A DNA stretch of 64,000 nt, from the NCBI GenBank assembly GCA_017309115.1, contig JAFLEF010000023.1, positions 23,502 through 87,501 on the forward strand, read 5' to 3'. The DNA comes from Verrucomicrobiota bacterium. GTDB taxonomy: Bacteria > Verrucomicrobiota > Verrucomicrobiia > Limisphaerales > UBA9464. Under the pieces are notes generated by a model. That model was not told the DNA's origin. It ran no database searches and saw only the letters and a list, made by a program, of their open reading frames with translations. A program made the position numbers and the translations under genes. Below are positions 59,795 to 64,000 of this stretch, piece by piece (the first letter of the stretch is position 1; every line of letters starts with the position of its first letter).

Positions 59795-61162
59795 TTACAG
59801 CTCCTGAATCCGGACGTTGCGGAACATCACCGGGTCGTTGTGACCGGCGAATCCGAAGTGTCCTCGGGTACGGTCCTTGCCGGGATGCGGCGAGTTCGCC
59901 ATGAAATCCTTCACCGTGGAGAGATCGGCATCGAGGATGACGAATCCGTTCAGCTCCACCTTGATTCGGGAGCCTTTGACGGTGACTTCCTCGTAGTTCC
60001 ATTCACCGACCGGGCGTTGGAAGCCCCGGGCGGCGGCGGCCATGCCGTAGGCGGAACCGTGGACTTGGCGGGGATCGAGCTTGGAGTTGGTGACTTTCTC
60101 GTAGTTGTCGTCGAGCACCTGGAGTTCGCACATGCCGTCGTAGGCGGTGTCGCCCTTGCCGGGATAACGAATGGCCAAGCCGTTGTTACCACCGGGTGGA
60201 AGCTTGAACTCAAAGCGGACGACGAAATCCCCGTACTCCTTCTCGGTGAAAATCGTGCCACCCTTGCCGGCCTTGCAGCCGATGGCGCCGTTGATGATTT
60301 CATAGTTGTCCAAGGGGCCGGACCAACCGGTCAGATCCTTGCCGTTGAACACCGGTTTGAAATTGGCTTCACCCTCTTTGGCGAGAATCTCGTTGGCTTC
60401 CTTGGCCGGGATCTCGCGGATGAACGCATTGCGCCAGCGGATCTCACCGCCGTGGGTCTGCAATTGGATCGGCCCCTTGACCGGAACCGGCAGCTTGCGG
60501 TCGTAGTAGTTCTCCATCACGGCGTTCTTCACCACCTGTTTGCCGTTGAGCCAGATGCTGACTCGGGAGCCGACCATGACGATGCGGAACGAATTCCATT
60601 CGCCGAAGGGTTTGTCGGCCAGGACCGCGGGATCCTTACCCGGGGCACCGGGGGAATTGTTCCACAGACCACCCGATCCTTTGTCGGCACCAAGGTTAAA
60701 CTTTTCCTTTTCCGTGAAGTCCCAGATTTGGACCTGGGGTACGCCGCGCAGGTAGATACCGGAATCGGCCAGGGGCACCGTCTTGTAGTCGATCAGCAGT
60801 TCAAAATCGCCGTAGTCCTTCTCGGTGGTCGCATAGGCTCCAAGTCCGTCGTTCACCAGTTCGCCATTTTTCTCGAAGTACCAGTGCGGTTTTCCGGTCT
60901 TGGGATTCACCTCGAGCATCGAGGCGGTCCACTTGGCGATCTGCGCGTTGCGTTCGGCTTCCGGAAGGGCCTTGAGCTTGCGATCGTCGTAGGTGTCGCC
61001 GCCGCGGAATCCGGTGAGATCCTTCCCGTTGAACAACGGGGTGAATCCGGGAGGCGGCGTCTGGGCCAGCGCGGTGGGCGCCCAGCTCAGAGCGGTGAGA
61101 ACCAGGGTGGAAACCGACGCCAGTACGGCGAATCGGCGACGGGACAGGGCGAAGCTCATCAT
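59795..61162 (-). CDS. Secreted protein with two tandem DUF1080 (3-keto-disaccharide hydrolase-like) domains
   Basis: FTPLFNGKDLTGFRG...WRNAFIREI and FKPVFNGKDLTGWSG...FRNVRIQEL. Signal MMSFALSRRRFAVLASVSTLVLTALSWAPTALAQ. The start could be 61201. Confidence 0.85.
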   Translation of the reverse strand: MMSFALSRRRFAVLASVSTLVLTALSWAPTALAQTPPPGFTPLFNGKDLTGFRGGDTYDDRKLKALPEAERNAQIAKWTASMLEVNPKTGKPHWYFEKNGELVNDGLGAYATTEKDYGDFELLIDYKTVPLADSGIYLRGVPQVQIWDFTEKEKFNLGADKGSGGLWNNSPGAPGKDPAVLADKPFGEWNSFRIVMVGSRVSIWLNGKQVVKNAVMENYYDRKLPVPVKGPIQLQTHGGEIRWRNAFIREIPAKEANEILAKEGEANFKPVFNGKDLTGWSGPLDNYEIINGAIGCKAGKGGTIFTEKEYGDFVVRFEFKLPPGGNNGLAIRYPGKGDTAYDGMCELQVLDDNYEKVTNSKLDPRQVHGSAYGMAAAARGFQRPVGEWNYEEVTVKGSRIKVELNGFVILDADLSTVKDFMANSPHPGKDRTRGHFGFAGHNDPVMFRNVRIQEL

Positions 61163-61255
61163 GTGCGGAAAGCGTCTAGGCGGTTGGTGCTCCGGGGTCA
61201 ATCGGGGAGAAAGCCGCGGAACGACTGAAATGGGGTATCTGGAACAGAAGCCGGA

Positions 61256-62014
61256 TCACTTCGGATTAAAGCTGGCGGTGTTGGTTCGCCAGATTTCAGT
61301 GGTGGCCCACAGGTTGATCGGTGTCAGCGCGCGGCCGAAGCGCAGATAACGAACGCTGCCATCCACGAAGGCGTGATTGGAGCCATGGCCCTTGGCGTTG
61401 CCCACTCGACCGTGCCGGCCGTGCTCGAGTTCCTCCACGTCATCTCCGAGCCGGCTGGCCAGGAAATCCATGTGGAAATGACCGTGGGACGGAGCGTCGG
61501 AACGTTTCTCGCCGAAGACGACCGTCTCCGAAGGTTCGCGAATGCCGGTATCGGGCACGGAATTCGTCACCTTGTTCTCGAGATACAGCTGGAAATCCTC
61601 CGCGCTGGAGTTGACCTGAAACCAATCGTTCCAGCCGTTCATGATGTAACTGCGCGGCGCGTTGTCGGCGAAGTGATTGGTGTCCGGGGAACCAAACGTG
61701 TGCGGCGGCTTGGGGCCGTCGCTGGGGCAGCGCAGGAGTTTAACATCCTGATACCCGGAACGGAGCAGGGTGGGCCACGCCGGCCGATACGTTCGCGGCA
61801 CCATTTTGCCAGAATAGTCGCCGGAGTAGAGCGCGTGGGAGAGGCCGAGTTGACGCAGGTTATTCACGCAGGAAATCCGGCGGGCCGCCTCCTTGGCGCT
61901 GGACAGTGAGGGTAACAGCATGCCCGCGAGAATCGCGATGATCGCGATCACGACCAGCAACTCAATCAACGTGAACGCGCGGAGCGACGGTCGGGGTGAA
62001 ATCCGGGCGGGCAT
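61256..62014 (-). CDS. Prepilin-type N-terminal cleavage/methylation domain protein (H-X9-DG / DUF1559-like pseudopilin)
   Basis: [47 protein letters not shown], and C-terminal [12 protein letters not shown] (H..DGSV). ATG 62014 gives a short prepilin leader. The ORF-track start at 62128 would overlap the divergent gene. Confidence 0.85.
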   Translation of the reverse strand: MPARISPRPSLRAFTLIELLVVIAIIAILAGMLLPSLSSAKEAARRISCVNNLRQLGLSHALYSGDYSGKMVPRTYRPAWPTLLRSGYQDVKLLRCPSDGPKPPHTFGSPDTNHFADNAPRSYIMNGWNDWFQVNSSAEDFQLYLENKVTNSVPDTGIREPSETVVFGEKRSDAPSHGHFHMDFLASRLGDDVEELEHGRHGRVGNAKGHGSNHAFVDGSVRYLRFGRALTPINLWATTEIWRTNTASFNPK

Positions 62015-62108
62015 AAAACGATTCTGACCGGGAAGTTGCGTTGAGGCTTCAAAAAAGTTCCGAAGGGATTCAATAAAAGGAACGTCCTTTAGTCCGCGAT
62101 TCCAGTTC

Positions 62109-63947
62109 ATGGCCTTTCCTCTGCCCATTTTCCGTTGGTTCCTGGTTTTTTCGACCGGGCTGGGATTGTTTCAGACGAGATCGGAGTCGCCGCACTGGGC
62201 CTTTGTGCCTCCGGTGGAACCGCCCCTGCCGGCGGTGCGGAATGTCCAGTGGGCGCGCACACCGGTGGACCGGTTCATTCAGGCCAAACTGGAGCGGGAG
62301 CGTGTGAAACCTTCGCCGGAAGCGGACCGTGTAACGCTGCTGCGCCGGGTGACGTTAGACTTGATTGGGCTGCCGCCGAGTCCGGAGGAAATCGACTCGT
62401 TTCTCGCTGATACGCTGCCCGACGCCTACGAGCGCCGGGTGAACCAGTTGCTGGCCTCGCCTCATTTCGGAGAACGTTGGGGCCGGCATTGGCTGGATCT
62501 GGCGCGGTACGCCGACAGCAGTGGTTATCAGGTGGACCGGGAACGTCCGTGGGCCTGGGTGTATCGAGATTGGGTAATCCGGTCCGTGAATCGGGATCAA
62601 CCGTTTGACCAGTTCACCGTCGAACAGTTGGCCGGCGATCTTCTGTACGAACAGACCAAGTCCACGGCACCGAATCCGGATCTGCTGATCGCGGCGGGCT
62701 TCCATCGAATGTCCCTGAGTAATCACGAGGACGGCGTGGATGCGGCGGAATTCGCCGTGCGCGCCAAGGTGGATCGGGTGGCAACGACCGGAACGGCTTG
62801 GCTGGGACTCACGCTGGGGTGCGCCGAATGCCACTCGCACAAGTACGATCCGATCAGCCAGCGCGAGTTCTATCAGCTCTACGCCTTCTTCGAAGCGGCG
62901 GAAGAGTGCGAGCAGGAAGTTGGGCCGGGCCTGACGGCATACACGTTCCGGCAACGCAAGGAACCGGCGCCCACGTTCATTCACGTGCGGGGCGACTTCC
63001 TGCGCAAGGGTGAGGAAGTGCGGCCGGCGATGTTGCAGGCGGTGTCGGAGAAGACGGGTTGGGAACCGGTTCCGACGCCCACCCGGCTGGATCTGGCCCG
63101 CTGGTTGGTCGCCCCGGACAATCCGCTGACGGCACGGGTCGCGGTGAACCAGATCTGGCTCCACCTCTTTGGTCGGGGGTTGGTGAGCACGACCGATGAC
63201 TTTGGTGTTCGGGGCGAACGGCCGTCCCATCCGGAGCTGCTGGATTGGCTGGCGCGGGAATTTCAGAACTCGGGCTGGAGTCGGAAACACATGATTCGCC
63301 TGATCGTGGGTTCCGCCACGTATCGGCAGGCTTCCGAGGCGCGTTCGGAACTGCGGGAACGCGATCCGGAGAACCGCTGGCTGGCCCGACAGAACCGCCT
63401 TCGCCTGGAGTCGGAAATCCTGCGGGACAGCGCGTTGGCCGCGGGAGGAAGGCTGAACTTGGAAGTGGGTGGACGTAGTTTCCGGCCGGAGATGCCGGCG
63501 GATATCAAGTGGCTGGGTTCCGCCGGCGCGTGGAGTTGGACGGATGATGCGGGTCCGGTGCTGGATCGGCGCAGCCTCTACATTTTCTCCCAGCGAACCG
63601 TGCCGCATCCGTTGTTGCCGGTGTTCGATCAGGCCAATTCGAGCGAGTCCTGCACCCGGCGGGAGCGTTCCAACAACGCCCTGCAGGCGCTGACCCTGCT
63701 GAATCATGACACCTTCATCGGAGCCGCCCGTTCGTTGGCGACGCAGGTGGCTCGGGACTGTCCCGATGATTCCGAGGCGCAGATCGACCTCGCCTTCCGC
63801 CGCTGCGTGGGACGCTCCCCAACCCGAGCGGAGCGGGTTCGGTTGGAACGGTTGTACGCGCAGGTCGCCGCGAAGGCGGCGCCGGAGGCGTTGTTCGTCG
63901 TCGCGCAGACCTTGATGAACCTTGATGAGTTCCAGAACCGTGAGTAA
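62109..63947 (+). CDS. DUF1549 + DUF1553 domain protein (PSD1-type, Planctomycetes/Verrucomicrobia)
   Basis: [47 protein letters not shown] (DUF1549) and [24 protein letters not shown] (DUF1553). Confidence 0.88.
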   Translation: MAFPLPIFRWFLVFSTGLGLFQTRSESPHWAFVPPVEPPLPAVRNVQWARTPVDRFIQAKLERERVKPSPEADRVTLLRRVTLDLIGLPPSPEEIDSFLADTLPDAYERRVNQLLASPHFGERWGRHWLDLARYADSSGYQVDRERPWAWVYRDWVIRSVNRDQPFDQFTVEQLAGDLLYEQTKSTAPNPDLLIAAGFHRMSLSNHEDGVDAAEFAVRAKVDRVATTGTAWLGLTLGCAECHSHKYDPISQREFYQLYAFFEAAEECEQEVGPGLTAYTFRQRKEPAPTFIHVRGDFLRKGEEVRPAMLQAVSEKTGWEPVPTPTRLDLARWLVAPDNPLTARVAVNQIWLHLFGRGLVSTTDDFGVRGERPSHPELLDWLAREFQNSGWSRKHMIRLIVGSATYRQASEARSELRERDPENRWLARQNRLRLESEILRDSALAAGGRLNLEVGGRSFRPEMPADIKWLGSAGAWSWTDDAGPVLDRRSLYIFSQRTVPHPLLPVFDQANSSESCTRRERSNNALQALTLLNHDTFIGAARSLATQVARDCPDDSEAQIDLAFRRCVGRSPTRAERVRLERLYAQVAAKAAPEALFVVAQTLMNLDEFQNRE

Positions 63948-64000
63948 ACGGCCCTTCAGCGATCCGACTCCGGACGACGTGATTCAGCTCACGCGTCGGG
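63940..64000 (+). CDS. Start of a probable DUF1501 (sulfatase-like) partner protein; truncated by the window end
   Basis: GTG at 63940 overlaps the upstream stop (63945-63947). It translates [20 protein letters not shown], consistent with the Tat-type N-terminus usual for the DUF1501 genes that follow DUF1553 genes. Only 20 codons are visible. Confidence 0.4.
   Translation, partial: MSKRPFSDPTPDDVIQLTRR

Noticed and set aside
59738-63707. ORFs 59738-61228 (+, 496 aa) and 62355-63707 (-, 450 aa)
   Set aside because: They are antisense to the DUF1080 and DUF1549/DUF1553 genes, which carry diagnostic motifs and signal peptides. The antisense products have none.
1-64000. Search by eye for tRNA/rRNA genes, CRISPR arrays, IS elements, integrases, phage genes, or long exact DNA repeats flanking the giant operon
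   Set aside because: None found. There are no GGTTCGAATCC-type T-arm motifs in intergenic regions, no short regularly spaced direct repeats, and no transposase or integrase-like ORFs. The giant operon's GC content and codon look match the housekeeping genes, so I cannot support a mobile-island call.

Overview
High-GC (about 63-66% by eye) bacterial chromosomal window. It most likely comes from Verrucomicrobiota (Pedosphaera/Limisphaera-like) or Planctomycetota. The taxonomic markers are a DUF1549/DUF1553 + DUF1501 gene pair, an H-X9-DG pseudopilin-like protein, tandem DUF1080, and secreted proteins ending in a '...FYRV' module. I saw no rRNA, tRNA, CRISPR array, transposase, integrase or phage genes.

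Layout:
- 1-1.8 kb: CofH-like radical SAM enzyme (5' end outside the window) and a TauE/SafE permease.
- 1,975-29,560: three plus-strand genes joined by ATGA stop/start overlaps. They are a 402-aa lipoprotein, a ~4,514-aa signal-peptide RHS/YD-repeat protein with an unrecognisable ~455-aa C-terminal domain, and a 4,279-aa signal-peptide protein. The last contains about a dozen carboxypeptidase-regulatory-like domains, Ig-like domains, Ca-binding TSP3-like repeats and four large degenerate beta-helix-type repeats. This block is 43% of the window.
- 29.5-34.5 kb: dabB-dabA (DAB inorganic-carbon pump) on the minus strand, with a divergent LysR regulator.
- 34.5-38.9 kb: 1-Cys peroxiredoxin, then a minus-strand kinase / Tat-exported ADP-ribosylglycohydrolase / P450 operon.
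- 39.5-47.4 kb: a 1,685-aa subtilase fused to PD40 propellers, and a LamG + vanadium-haloperoxidase/PAP2-like protein.
- 47.6-53.1 kb: secreted Gly-rich protein, purM, a membrane-anchored GrpE-domain protein, rpsB-tsf, and a small zincin.
- 53.2-62.1 kb: minus-strand string of pseudopilin-like protein, DUF1080, RmlD-like reductase, gluQ, hybrid histidine kinase and LuxR-type response regulator.
- 62.1-64 kb: DUF1549/DUF1553 protein and the start of a DUF1501 protein.

The best candidate for an undescribed system is the coupled lipoprotein / RHS / giant surface-protein operon. It has no recognisable secretion or delivery partner (no PAAR/VgrG, CdiB/TpsB or TcA) and no small immunity gene. A short '...FYR[VLI]' module recurs in that operon and on two other secreted enzymes here.

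All family calls rest on motif recognition by eye. No HMM, BLAST or structure search was run.
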